A stretch of 63,761 nt of DNA, filler included, from Octopus bimaculoides (Eukaryota): the NCBI RefSeq assembly GCF_001194135.2. It is 9 parts of 7 records of this genome, joined end to end, with 100 filler letters (N's around TTAATTAATTAA, not from the genome) between each part and the next. Parts side by side here need not be neighbours in the genome. Positions count along the whole stretch, not along the records: positions 41,660 to 60,577 come from NC_068989.1; positions 60,678 to 62,552 come from NC_068983.1; positions 62,653 to 63,761 come from NC_068994.1; 6 more parts are not named here. The stretch is one strand, 5' to 3'. Numbering within the stretch: position 1 is the first letter of the stretch; each line of letters opens with the position of its first letter. Under the pieces are notes generated by a model that ran no database searches, was not told where the DNA came from, and worked only from the letters and a program-made list of their open reading frames with translations. The position numbers were made by a program, and so were the translations under genes. This document shows, piece by piece, positions 51,402-63,411 of the stretch.

Positions 51402-51612
51402 GGCGGCGAGCTGGCAGAATCGTTAGCACACCGGATAAAATGTTTAGAGGTATTCCGTTTCGTTTTGCGTCCTGAGTTCAAGTGCTGCTGAGGTCGACTA
51501 TATCTTTTATCCTTTCAGGGTCAATAACATACGTACCAGTTGAGTACTGGAGTCGATATAATCGACTCAACCCCCACCCGAAGTTTCAGGCCTTGAGCCA
51601 AAATTTGAAGCC
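51401..51612 (+). mobile_element. SINE family B, near full length
   Basis: AGGCGGCGAGCTGGCAGAATCGTTAGCAC...GAGGTCGAC...CCTTTCAGGGTCAATAA...GTACCAGTTGAG; ends in (GTA)n. Confidence 0.85.
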
Positions 51613-51613
51613 T

Positions 51614-51651
<38 letters not shown>

Positions 51652-52159
51652 TCACAGTATGAACACTATGATATAGGAGAAAGCAGTTATCGGTGAAACA
51701 AGTCATCGATCTAACATTTTTCCTTCAATAGTAATTATTGTATAATCACTTGGAGTAGAGAAGGCATGACATTGAAGAGGTCGCGAATGGCGGCGAAAGG
51801 ACATTGACAAACATAACTGATTGATTGATTTATCGAATAATCGATTAGTTCGTTGATTAAATAGTTAACGAATTGATGAATAATAAAAGTAGTGAAATGA
51901 CCTTCCCAAGATACAACATTTCGTTTCTAGAGACGAAAAAGGCATTATTATCTCCAAAGTCGCATTTGTATTAATTTGAAATGTGTGTAAGAAAATTGAT
52001 GAACTAACCTCGGGATATAGCATTTACACACCGCATGAATCTGGAACAGGCATTTGGATTGCTGGTCTTCATTTCCAACTTTCGATCCCGCAATTTTCAA
52101 TATTATACTAGGATAACTGACTTTCATCTAGAGACTTAATATTTATTGAAAAATAATCA

Positions 52160-52568
52160 CAGGAGTGGCTGTGTGGTAAGTAGCTTGCTAACCAACCACA
52201 TGGTTTCGGGTTCATTCCCACTGCGTGGTACCTTGGGCAAGTGTCTTCTACTATTATAGCCTCGGACCGACCAAAGCATTGAGAGTGGATTTGGTAGACG
52301 GAAACTGGAAGAAGCCTGTCGTATATATCTATATATATGTATGTGTGTGTATATGTTTTTGTGTCTTCTGTTTGTCCCCCCAGCATCGCTTGACAACCGA
52401 TGCTGGTGTGTTTATGTCCCCGTAACTTAGCAGTTCGGCAAAAGGGGCCGATAGAATAAGTACTAGGCTCACAAAGAATAAGTCCTGGGGTCGATTTGCT
52501 CGACTAAAGGCGGTGCTCCAGCATGGCCGCAGTCAAATGACTGAAACAAGTAAAAGAGTAAAAGAGTA
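52160..52568 (+). mobile_element. SINE family A, full length
   Basis: Collinear with 16443-16849. Confidence 0.92.
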
Positions 52569-52643
52569 TATCAGTTGAACCTCTGTTTAATATCTAATAT
52601 TTGCTGAATATTTGCTGAAAAATAATGTCGATATCAGTTAAAC

Positions 52644-52910
52644 TAGTGGTTCTCAACTGTTTTTCCCCCTATGGACCTCTTTGATTCCTGTTTCATTCGG
52701 ATGGACCCTCCTATCATTTGTTGTTTAGAAAAATCAGATTAAATTTTCATAATCACATATTATTATTCGGAATTGTATGAAGACAAAAATTGTTAGATAT
52801 TTTGAGTATTGTGGAACTGTAGCTAATTTATTGCACATAAATGTTAACAAACAAAATCTGACATGGACCCCCCACCCAAGAGTTGTGTGGACTCCGGTTA
52901 TAAACCTTTG
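52644..52910. mobile_element. Probable hAT-type MITE
   Basis: Begins TAGTGGTTCTCAAC (hAT-like TIR CAGTGGTTCTCAAC); degenerate partner GGTTATAAACCTTTG. Confidence 0.5.
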
Positions 52911-52972
52911 GGGATCCAGATAATTACATAAGGAATGATATACTCTTTTATTACATAAGAATAATATACTCT

Positions 52973-53394
52973 TTTACTCTTTACTATTTTACTTGTTTCA
53001 GTCATTTGACTGTTGTCATGCTGGAGCATCGCCTTTAGTCGAGCAAATCGACCCCAGGACTTATTCTTTGTAAGCCTAGTACTTATTCTATCGGTCTCTT
53101 TTGCCGAACCGCTAAGTTACGTGGACGTAAATACACCAGCATCGGTTGTCAAGCGATGTTGGGGGGACAAACACAGACACACAAACATACACATACACAC
53201 ACACACACACACATATATATACATATTTACGACGGGCTTCTTTCGGTTTCCGTCTACCAAATCCACTCACAAGGCTTTGGTCGGCCCGAGTCTATAGTAG
53301 AAGACACTTGCCCAAGGTGCCACGCAGTGAGACTGAACCCGGAACCATGTGGTTGGTAAGCAAGCTACTTACCACACAGCCACTCCTACGCCTA
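52973..53394 (-). mobile_element. SINE family A, full length, inverted relative to 52160
   Basis: Reverse complement collinear with 52160-52568. Confidence 0.92.
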
Positions 53395-53939
53395 TAGATA
53401 AAGTTTGATGTGTATCGCTAGATAGACGACCATCAACGAGAGAGGTTCTTAACGAATGCATTTCAGAAGATGGAACCTTCAGAAAACTCATAAATACGGG
53501 GTCACGGACGTAAGGCATAGAAAGCGATGAAGTAGCAATGGTTGCTTCAGGTGTCTTTAAAATGAAATTGAATTTGTTTTAACTATTTAAGAGAATGTTC
53601 CTTCTGTTAACAACAGATGATTTTGAGTAAAGATTGAGATCAACAAGTTGCCAGTAGTTAGAAGGAGCTTGTATATGTGGTGTAACTTATCGAGAAGAAA
53701 GATCTACGAGGGTCAGTGAATAGAATGTTCTTATAAGTATGAGATAACCTATCAAGATTTAACGCTGACAAGCACTTTGGAAGCTTATAAGGAATAAGCT
53801 AAGAATAGGACATTTCGTAAGGTAATGGAGTCAAAAATGTTTATGTAGCTGTGGGTATATACGTATTGCCTGCGTTTGTGTGTGTGCGAGTGTGTATCTG
53901 TTTATGTATTTGTTTATAAATGTGTGCGTGCGTGAGTGC

Positions 53940-54004
<65 letters not shown>

Positions 54005-56669
54005 TGTGATTTTCAATATATCAGATGAGTAACAAGCTTTTTAATGTGTATCTTATTTTAATTTTATATTCGAGATGGGGAAATATTTGATTCGGAAGAC
54101 GAAACTGCTTCTTTGGTACAATTTTTACCTTGTTGTGCATGTGAAAAGTGTTTTTGGATGACCGACCGAGTGAACAGACTTCAAAAACGGTTTAAAACGG
54201 TTAATATGTAAACAGTGAGATATTTTCTCTGATATCATTCATTGGAAGACACAATTCCACTAACCGTCAATAAATGCACACAGATAAATTCAAGCTGCAG
54301 ATGTAAGCAGCGGCAGAAGCACTGTAAAATTTACGCGTGATTCGTTTGTTTGAATTGATGAGTTCAAATTCACCAAGCGGGCTAACCAGAAAAAAAAATG
54401 GTGGATTCGAATGATCTAATTTCATCAGTAACTCAAAAGATTGATCTTTTATTGAGGGATACTTTTGATCATGCGAAGTAAAGGGTCGCAATTAATTGAG
54501 CAAAGAAAGAAAGGGATATGCTAAGCTTCCATAAGAGATTATTGTTAGTTGTTATACCTAACGTGTTTAGAGACCATTCCGGTGTCAACAGCATGTTGTC
54601 TATGTACATCGCTAATACAGTTTTCTTGTTTTCGTGTATCTATTTCACTGCTTTGCAATTTCTGTCAACAATATGCGTTCTTTTATTTGTAGAGTGAACC
54701 CTGGTTAAACAAGATTCCGTTAAACACGGTATTGAATAAACCGGACCAAATCAAAGTAAAGCAAGTGACTGTTAGTGTTAACATTCACTGTCATCTTTCA
54801 AGTGTCAGTATTGTAAGGGGCATATGCTCTGAGTGCGTTAGGTGAGCGTTACACATCCACCAAAGATAGTAAGTTCGTCATAAATAGTAAGCGCATTCAG
54901 TAAAATGATTATGATCCATAGTGTAAGCTAATTTTTCTGTCCCACGCTGTGAAATACTGTGGTGACTGTTTTGAGATAGCATTGCATACCCAACAGGTCG
55001 TTGTATCACATGTGCTGAATGGACATGTGACAGGAGATAGAAGGAAAAAAATATAGATGGAAAGCAAGCGACATTTCACCAAATTGTATTTTGTTTATTA
55101 TTCAGTTTTCCGCGCCTCTCTAAAAATATACCCTTTTCTAGCAGTCTTCCCAACTAAACTCTTAAATTGCCTACTATTCAAACTCATTCGTCTCTTCCTG
55201 TTTTGTTTTGTTGTTTTTGTTTTGTTGTTTTTGTTTTTGTTTTTTTGTTTTTTTTGTTTTGTTTTTATTTTTGCTTCTGTCAATTATTACCTTGTTATTT
55301 ATATAAAACACTCCTTTTTATTCGCTTTCACCCTCCCTTCTATTAAGCACAACCTTTTTTCTGCTGAGAATTTGTAAATATTCATTCGTTGAAAATCTAT
55401 GAACAGAGACTAGCTTCGTTGAATTTAATTCTGTTCTTGCTGTATCAGGAAACAATCTGACTGTAATTTAATTTCAAATCTAATAAATATGCACTCATAA
55501 TATTTTAGGTAAGATCGCAAATCTAAAGATTTTATGAACATTTTTTGAGTAATACTAACGGCAGACTAGTATGTTCAATAATGTTTCACTGTTACAAAAG
55601 CTCCATACGCAACACAATTGTATTGACCTGCAATTTTCATCGATATTTTAAGTGGTTCCTTTGCCTTGCTTTAAACTTTCAATTACTTGAGGGAACCGTA
55701 GGCACCGTGGTAATATGAGGTGAGTAAAGGGTATTTATAGACCTGTCGGTGCCCATTCATCTCCGGGTGTCCTTTCCAGGTGTAACTACAGCCTATTTCT
55801 TCCAGAAGAGAGACAATCAGAAGGACAGAAAGAAAGAGAAGAATCAACTCTAATATTGAAATGGTACTTTATTTCTCGAACCCGAAAGGTGAAAACATAG
55901 AGATGGCAATTGAACTCAGAACGTAGAGAACCGGAACGATCAATCGCGCAGTAATCTATCCGACACTACAGCGTCTCAGACAGTCGGTCGCCTGTTTCGT
56001 TACGTAGGAATCTGCAAGCGTTTTATTGTACTTTATAACTTCAAAGGTCGGCAATAATTTGTTGTAGGATTTGAGAATAAACATGTCAGATTAAATACGT
56101 GTGAGAGGTTCACTGTGATATTCATAAAAGGGATAAAACTGTACGGTCGAAGTAAATCCGAAACTCATAAGTTTTCAGAACTGAAACCTCCACACCAAGT
56201 TCCGAATCAAATAAGGGACGTCTTTCGGTATTATGTTGCGCGAATGCAAACAATATACACATTTTAAAGTTTATACACAGTTAGCAAAAAGTAAGTGGTT
56301 AGGAATTCGGCACCTCTACAAGATTTGAAAGATATAATGAATGCAACTGCTACCTACGCATTGTTATCATTTCAAGAGATTGTGATTAGACATTCCTGTT
56401 TCAATGGGTGGTTTTTCTTGCATTTCAGTCTTGCAGTACGTAAATACCAGGATGATATTTTCAAAGTTTTCAGTTCATGGTGTGAAGACATTATTAATTG
56501 GGACAATACACTTGTTTATATAAGTGGTCAGCAGCTTATCAGTAATGATGGGAAAAGGAGCATCTTGTTATTACTCATTGTTATCTCGACAATCCAACCA
56601 TTGAATCGAGATATAATCGTAGCTTTCGATAGATTATACTTGCGTTGTTTTACAAAGTGAAGTGCACGC

Positions 56670-56880
56670 TCAATCGGTGGAAGACCAGTAGTTACCCATG
56701 CATACCAGCCTCCCCTCTCCACACCACCGATGTTATCCAAAGAAAGGCAAAGGCCGATACTGCTAGGCACCAGTGACGTCGCAGCTCTTTTCTACAGCTG
56801 AGTGAACTGGAGCCACGAGAACTCACAACCTCACAATCGTAAGGTCGACGCTCTAGCTACAGAACCATGCGCTTTCACTA
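56670..56880. mobile_element. Interspersed repeat fragment (SINE/RTE-like), adjacent to the maT insertion
   Basis: GC-richer segment with CAGCTGAGTGAACTGGAGC...GAACTCACAACCT motif recalled from RTE-type tails. Confidence 0.4.
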
Positions 56881-56882
56881 TA

Positions 56883-58130
56883 CACGGTGCGTAAGGTATT
56901 TGAGGACATACCTTTTGAAAGGTCATTGCTGTATTTTTTGCTAACTTTGTATAATCTTTGTTTCAGAAAATGATAATGGCAGACCCTCAGCTTACTCAAG
57001 AAATGAAAAGGCATGCTGTTATTGTGGTTATAAAGGCTGAGCATAGCGATTTAGAAATTTCTCGATTTTTAAAAGTTGCCTGATCTTTCGTCTACAAAGT
57101 TTGTAAGGAGTTAGAGAATGAAGATGGAAACGTATCACCAGTATCAAAGCATAAAAAGCATTCTAGATGCTCAGAAATCATCAGAACACCTGAATTTATC
57201 CAACAAGTTCAACAGACCATTGATTACAATCCCAAAAAGTCCATGAGGTCAAATGCAAAAGATCTCCATGTGTCAGAAGGAACAGTCAGAAATGTTGTCC
57301 ACAAAGATATTAGATATAAGTTTTATATGACGAGGAAAGGTCAATTTATTATAAAAGCAAAAGAAAATCATTACATCAGATCTAAAGGATTCTTCAACAA
57401 ACCGAAAAATCCAGCCGAAGATTTGATTTGGTTTTTCTCAAATGAGAAAAACTTCGACCAAGATCAAAAATTTAGCAGAAGAAATGACAGATGGTTATGT
57501 GCCGGTCCTTCCAAGTGTTATGCTTACAAACTTTCCTGCAGCTCTCATGGTTTTAGGGGTTGTCAGCAATGAAGGACATGTGATGCCCCTTACTTCTTTC
57601 CACACGGCCTTAGAGTTAACTCTCTCGCCTACAATGAGGTCCTGGAAACAATTGCTAAGCTCTGGATAGACAGTGCATGCAATGGAAGGCCATATGTGTT
57701 TCAATAAGACTGCACTATCACACATGGCTCTAGTAACACAGGAATTGTGGCTGAAAATTTTCACGACCACATAACCCCTAACATTTGGCATCCTAATTCC
57801 CCAGATCTCAATCCATTGGACTATTACGTGTGGGGTGCTGATCAGAGAGAGGTCAATGAACACGCCCATTTCACCAAAGATTCTTTGAAAGCTGTCATAG
57901 TCAGTGTAATGCCCAAAAAGAACCAGGACCAACTGATTTTAACATGTAGATGATTTAGATCTCTTATAGAAGCAGTTGTTGAAGCTGAAGGTGTCTTTAT
58001 TGAATAACATTATAGAAACGAAGGTTTATTTTTATCTTCATTGCATTTTTTGATAAATAAAGTTATTATCTGTTATTATATATGCTTTTTTATAAACATA
58101 AATCTGTCCTCAAATATCTCACGCACCCTG
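56883..58130 (+). mobile_element. Near full-length decayed mariner-like transposon, maT/DD37D-like
   Basis: ~27-bp TIRs CACGGTGCGTAAGGTATTTGAGGACA / TGTCCTCAAATATCTCACGCACCCTG; TA at the left end; transposase MADPQLTQEMKRHAV...FFSNEKNF...MVLGVVSNEG...WHPNSPDLNPLDYYVWG; 36 codons between the 2nd and 3rd Asp in this indel-bearing copy. Confidence 0.88.
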
Positions 58131-58170
58131 TGTATTTATATGCATATACATACACGTGTGTGTCTCTGTG

Positions 58171-58220
<50 letters not shown>

Positions 58221-58249
58221 TGTCTGTGTGCTCGCGCGCGCGTGTATGA

Positions 58250-58445
58250 GTGTGTGTCTCCCTCGCTCCTCGTTAGACAACCAGTGTTGCTTTGTTAAAG
58301 TCACCGTAACTTAGCCGTTCGGTGAAAGAGACCGATAGAATAAGTACCAGACACAAAAATAATAAGTCCAGAAGTTTATTTGTTCGACAAACCCTTGAAG
58401 GTGCTGCCCCAGCATGGCCCACTCCAGTGACTGAAACAAATAAAA
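58250..58445 (+). mobile_element. SINE family A 3' fragment
   Basis: GACAACCAGTG...CGTAACTTAGC.GTTCGG...GACCGATAGAATAAGTAC...CAGCATGGCC. Confidence 0.75.
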
Positions 58446-58499
58446 AAAGGACCGCCCTGTCAATCCTGTGTTAACCAAAATCGTTCATTATGAGTTCCA

Positions 58500-59100
58500 T
58501 TATCTAGGATACCATTGGAGGACTACGATTGTTAAACCACTCGCATTTTACATCAACTATGTTGAGCAAAAGAAAAAAATGGCGTCTATACTATCAGAAG
58601 TGGTCAATAGTTCAATGGAACAATGTCATCTTTTCTGATGAATCATAACTCACTCTTTTCCTTACTTCGGGCCTAGTTTATGTTTGAAGACGACTCAAAG
58701 TAGCCTTCAAACTTGACCCCTACCATGAAGCGTTCAGATAGTTCCATAATGGTTAGAGCTGCCATATCACGAAATACTTTTCTCCCTTCAGTTGTTCAAT
58801 AAGGCGGAGTTAACGCCAAGGATTATCTGAGTAGTCTGGCTGATCCTATTCATCCTATGTTACAAACATTGTTCCTTGATGGTAGCGCAATTTGCCAGGG
58901 TGTCGGTGAGCCGATCCACACTACAAATGTTATTCAGAATTGGTACGAAGGGTAGAAAAGTGAAGTAGACCATTTGGATTTGGATAAGGTGCCTCAATCA
59001 CAGGATCTCGATATAATCTAGCATTTTGGGAGTACAGGCGAGCAGTTGTTTCCTCCGCCGTCGTCACTGAATGTAAATTTTACTTGAAGGCTAGTTCAAA
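58500..59100 (+). mobile_element. Decayed Tc1 transposase fragment
   Basis: WNNVIFSDES at 58616-58645; downstream HPMLQTLFLDG...PIHT.NVIQNWY resembles the 42.3-kb element. Confidence 0.75.
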
Positions 59101-59729
59101 ATTACCCTAACAACTGCAAATATTACTACTACTACTACTGCTGCTGCTGCTGTTGTTAGTACTGATACTACTACTACTAAAACTACTACTACTACTTCGA
59201 GGAAATTGCCCCGTATTAGCTTTGAGCGGTTGCTTTTGTCGTCGTCATCGTCGTCGTCGTCATTGATGTTGTTCTTTGGACCAAGTTCAGCTGTATTTGA
59301 AGAAACCAACAAACAAAAGCATTTGCCCCTTGATAATTCCATCTTTTTTTCTTCAGTGGTGTGTATCTAGGACTACACTTGCCAATGAGTTCTTCTACTT
59401 TTATGGCAACAATTTTAAGCTAGTCGAATGATGAAGAAGAAAAACCATAAAATAATCTTATATCTAAGGCTCATATAGTCATCTACTTAAAAGTAGATGA
59501 CTATATAAACTGTTGTGCCGACGCCCCCAGGCGAAGAAGTAGGATCTCCCAAGACATAAATAGAGGTAGTCTGGCCGTAGTAGGAGTGTTGAGTAGCTGT
59601 TGAGTAGCAGTCGAGTAGCAGTTGTGCGCGGTTGAGTAGAGATCATCCGAAGCTGCTAGATAGCAGTAGCTTGAGACATAACATAAACATTAGATCATCT
59701 GCGTAGAATCATAATGAGTAGTTTGATTG

Positions 59730-60060
59730 ATCCTATCTTATCCGATGGAACAAACATTGTTCCTTGCTTGTAGCGCAATCTTCCAGGACGGTGGCGAGCC
59801 GATTCCGAATTGGTAAGAGGGGTACAAATGTGAAGTAGACCATTTGGATTTGGATTGGGTCCCGCAATCACAGGATCTCAATATAAACTAACATTTATGG
59901 GGCTTTTGGGGGCATCAAGTGAGAAGCTGTTTCCCTGTGCTAGCTATCGTCAGAGTAGATTTTCCTTGAAGAATAGTTCAAAATTGCCCTAACAGCCGTT
60001 CAAAACTAATACGAGTCAATTCCTCGATATTTTAAAGCTGTGATTGAGGCCAAAGATGGA
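59730..60060 (+). mobile_element. Second, duplicated Tc1 DDE fragment
   Basis: ACAAACATTGTTCCTTG...GAAGTAGACCATTTGGATTTGGAT...CAATCACAGGATCTC shared with 58860-59030. Confidence 0.75.
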
Positions 60061-60286
60061 ACAATGCTGTAATAAATACTAAAATGTCCATTTAACAAGG
60101 TGTTTCCACTATTTTGTTCAAGCTTTGCGTATTATTTCTGTTTGGAACACATCAAAGTATATGTGCGGGGGAACTTGAGTACATCATTTCCTTTTGAAAG
60201 TATTGTTGTTCACATAATACACATACACACATACACAAACACACACTCAAGCACACACACACAAACACACACACACACACACACAC

Positions 60287-60331
<45 letters not shown>

Positions 60332-60789
60332 TGTGTGTGTGTACGTGTGTATATATATACATACATTGTATATGAAATTAAATACTAAGCTATTTTTACT
60401 CAAATGACTTACAATGTATTTAGCATAGATTGATTGATGGCGTATTCGGGCAGAAAATCAAAAATTATAATTGCTCGTGTGTGTGTGCATGTGTGTGTGT
60501 GTGTGTGCAACTGTGTATGTGTGTGAGTTCACGTGTGTGCTTATGTGTTCCTGCATGTGTATATGAATTTATATAATNNNNNNNNNNNNNNNNNNNNNNN
60601 NNNNNNNNNNNNNNNNNNNNNTTAATTAATTAANNNNNNNNNNNNNNNNNNNNNNNNNNNNNNNNNNNNNNNNNNNNATATATATATATATATACATTAT
60701 CTGAATTTTATAGTATTAAGTATCCATCACGGCTGGTCTTACCAATCGGCTTCGCGCAAAAAATACAATCGAGTGCAAGGCAACAAACC

Positions 60790-61195
60790 AATTATATAAA
60801 TAAGCTCATCAGAGGTAGCTGATATCGAAGGGAACATAACGACTGGTGAAATGAAAAAAGTTTCAGGGGATTTTGCTAGGAGTTATGTCCCTTGGTCAGG
60901 TATGTTGTGTAGGCGGCAAAAGTCATCTTCAAGTGGGGAAAGTTTGTATTAATAAGGTGGTTTCTCTACGGTGATGTGGTGCGTGGTGTATGTAGCGATG
61001 CTATATGTATAAATTTTACTGGAAGTGTCACCGGCCCGTGGATGCGAGGTTGTGCTGGGTGGAGGTGCTGATCTCCCCCTATTCGAAAATAGAAGGACAC
61101 AAAATTTTTTGTGTCGTATAGCCAGCTGGAAATGATGTTTCCAGGGGCTAAATAACAGCAACATTCGTCCCATCCTGGGACTGCCACATTTTGTT
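60790..61195 (+). mobile_element. Possible highly decayed LINE ORF2 (pre-RT region)
   Basis: SSSEVADIEGNITTGEMKKV and NNSNIRPI weakly resemble L1/Tx1 EGxIT..EV..A and NxRPI motifs. Confidence 0.3.
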
Positions 61196-61314
61196 GGCAA
61201 AAAATCATTACTTTATATATCTCTCTTTGAGAGATTTAGAAATAATATTTCTATTTTACGTTTATATATTCGCTTTGCAAGATTCTTGATGTGAAATCGT
61301 GTGTTGAAACAGAT

Positions 61315-61653
61315 ATTGTTGTATTTGGGGATGGTCATGTTGCCAGTTTAGCCAATAAAAACATACGCACTATATATTTGGTGTTAATTTGCTTCAGCTT
61401 TATTTTATTTTTTACATTAATCGTATTTCGGTCAGAGTTCAAAATGGCTGATCGTTAGTAAGGAAGACACACAAATAAGAAAGAAGAAAGCAAAGGACCA
61501 CTGATGAGGTCACAGACGTGTGACGAAAGAACTCTGGCCGAAATACGATTACTGTAAAAAATAAAATAAAGCTGAAACAAATTAACACCAGATGTATAGT
61601 GCGTGTGTTTTTATTGGCTAAACTGGCAACATGACCATCCCAAATACAACAAT
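61315..61653. repeat. Inverted repeat with ~125-bp arms (61315-61440 / 61529-61653, about 94% identical) around an 88-bp spacer
   Basis: Direct reverse-complement comparison: 6 substitutions and 1 indel. Confidence 0.92.
61495..61539 (+). ncRNA. Minimal type I hammerhead ribozyme, apparently intact
   Basis: GGACCA-CTGATGA-G-GTCACA(GACG)TGTGAC-GAAAG-AA-CTC|TGGCC: both core boxes, perfect 6-bp stem II, 2-bp stem III, stem I CCA/TGG extended by GG/CC; predicted CUC cleavage after 61534. Confidence 0.75.
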
Positions 61654-62439
61654 TTCTATTTTATATACATATACAGAAACACGCTTCCATAAATTACAAT
61701 ACTTTTACAGGAATTTTTTTTTTCTCTAAGATCTTCCATCAAGCATTATATGAGATATTTTCGTAGGTAGGTATTTGGAAATACCTAGCATATAGGTATT
61801 TTGGAAATATAGCATACTAATAACGGGGTGCATAAGATATTGAATTACTAACACTTGGAATGTAACTGCTGCAGGTATTTCACTGTTTCCGTGTATCACA
61901 ATTATTTCTATGGGCATCTATAGACTTACTGGAGAGAATAAGTACAAGTTCCTTCAGGGGAGATGTTACTGAAAATATACTACTACAAGTAAATAGGAAC
62001 AAATGTATATTTTATTCATTTACTGTCACTGACATTCCATTTTATCATGAACAGTTATATCGATAATTTCAAACATAATTCAAACAAGATTAAATTAACT
62101 CTTTAACTTCCATACACTCACATTTACTCAACCACGCTCAAATCTCCTAACATTTCTTTTTTTTCTTTAACAGACTGAAATATGCATGGCCTGTTCAAAA
62201 TTTCACAAATCTTCGTAAACGGCGATATAAACAAGAAATTATAGTACTTACATTGTACATACAAACATACATTAATGCAAACACGCACACACGCACACAC
62301 ATATATACATATAAACACTACAACATCCATACATATATGGACGATGATTATCTACGTAGAGTTCTAACCCAAACAATAACATTCGTACATCTATTTGTGC
62401 ATTACACACACACACAAACACACACACACTCTCTCTCTC

Positions 62440-62552
62440 TTTTATTGTTTTACTTGTTTCAGTCATTTGACTATGGCCATCCTGGAGCACCGCCTTTAGC
62501 CGAGCAAATCGACTAGTACTTATTCTATCGGTTTCTTATGCTGAACCGCTAA
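62440..62552 (-). mobile_element. SINE family A 3' fragment
   Basis: TTTACTTGTTTCAGTCATTTGACT..GGCCAT.CTGGAGCACCGCCTTTAG. Confidence 0.8.
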
Positions 62553-62653
62553 NNNNNNNNNNNNNNNNNNNNNNNNNNNNNNNNNNNNNNNNNNNNTTAA
62601 TTAATTAANNNNNNNNNNNNNNNNNNNNNNNNNNNNNNNNNNNNNNNNNNNNA

Positions 62654-62815
62654 CTTTGTCTCAAAATTTGTCATAAAGACATTAGCGAAATTAACTGCCA
62701 TGGGGGTACCCATGGCGCAACCCTTCGTCTGGTGGTAGAATCTTTGTCTAAACTGCATTGTGTTACTTTCTAACACAAACTTCAATAATCTACAGAGCAA
62801 ATTTGTTGGAACACT
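62654..62815 (-). mobile_element. Penelope-like RT fragment
   Basis: LLKFVLESNTMQFRQRFYHQTKGCAMGTPMAVNFANVFM..FE (PLE RT Q..G.AMG.P motif). Confidence 0.88.
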
Positions 62816-62857
62816 TTTATTTGACCGCTTTTCAATAATAATAATAATAATAATGAT

Positions 62858-63345
62858 TGCCCTGATGCAGTATCAGGCACTGGCTTTCATGACTTCTGAC
62901 CTTAAATGATTGGAAGTGTTATCATGTACATTGTTTTGTCTTGGTATAAAAAATGGACTACCTCAAATATTCTGCTCAATACCACAGATTTGCTTGTCCG
63001 TTGCTTGACCTTAACCAGTTGAGCATGACCTTTAGTGGCTGACGATATTTACATCTCTGATCATGAGCAGAAGTAGTGGGGAAGTATCATAGCCAAGTGT
63101 TGGAAGAAGTCTTAGGAATTTGAACAATTCACCTCTAGAAACATGGGTGTTTCGTTTAAACATCCTTATACAATCCTTATTCAAGGACCATTTGAGCGGG
63201 ATGGGCTACTCGACCTGAAGAAAATTCCAACTGGGTCCCACCTGCAAGGTCATGCGCTGTTTATCTTGCTATGAAATCACCATGTCGCGCACATATGGTT
63301 GTGTCACTTAGTGTCACTTAAATGGCTTGCACACCTTTTTCACTC
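62858..63345 (+). mobile_element. ~490-bp non-coding element flanked by (TAA)n, copy 2
   Basis: Homologous to 22380-22882; (AAT)n on both sides. Confidence 0.8.
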
Positions 63346-63377
<32 letters not shown>

Positions 63378-63411
63378 TGATGATGATGATGATGATGATA
63401 ATGATAATAAT

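Noticed and set aside
53420-53600. IRGHGRK motif resembling a CR1/L2 3' end
   Set aside because: Single short motif; too weak to call.
56295-56660. 121-aa ORF
   Set aside because: No recognisable motif, starts at GTG, no convincing splice context.
20601-62588. TTAATTAATTAA embedded in N runs at about eight sites (20601, 23960, 25847, 35811, 39305, 41604, 60622, 62577)
   Set aside because: Always inside gaps and encodes stops in all six frames: an assembly spacer, not biology.
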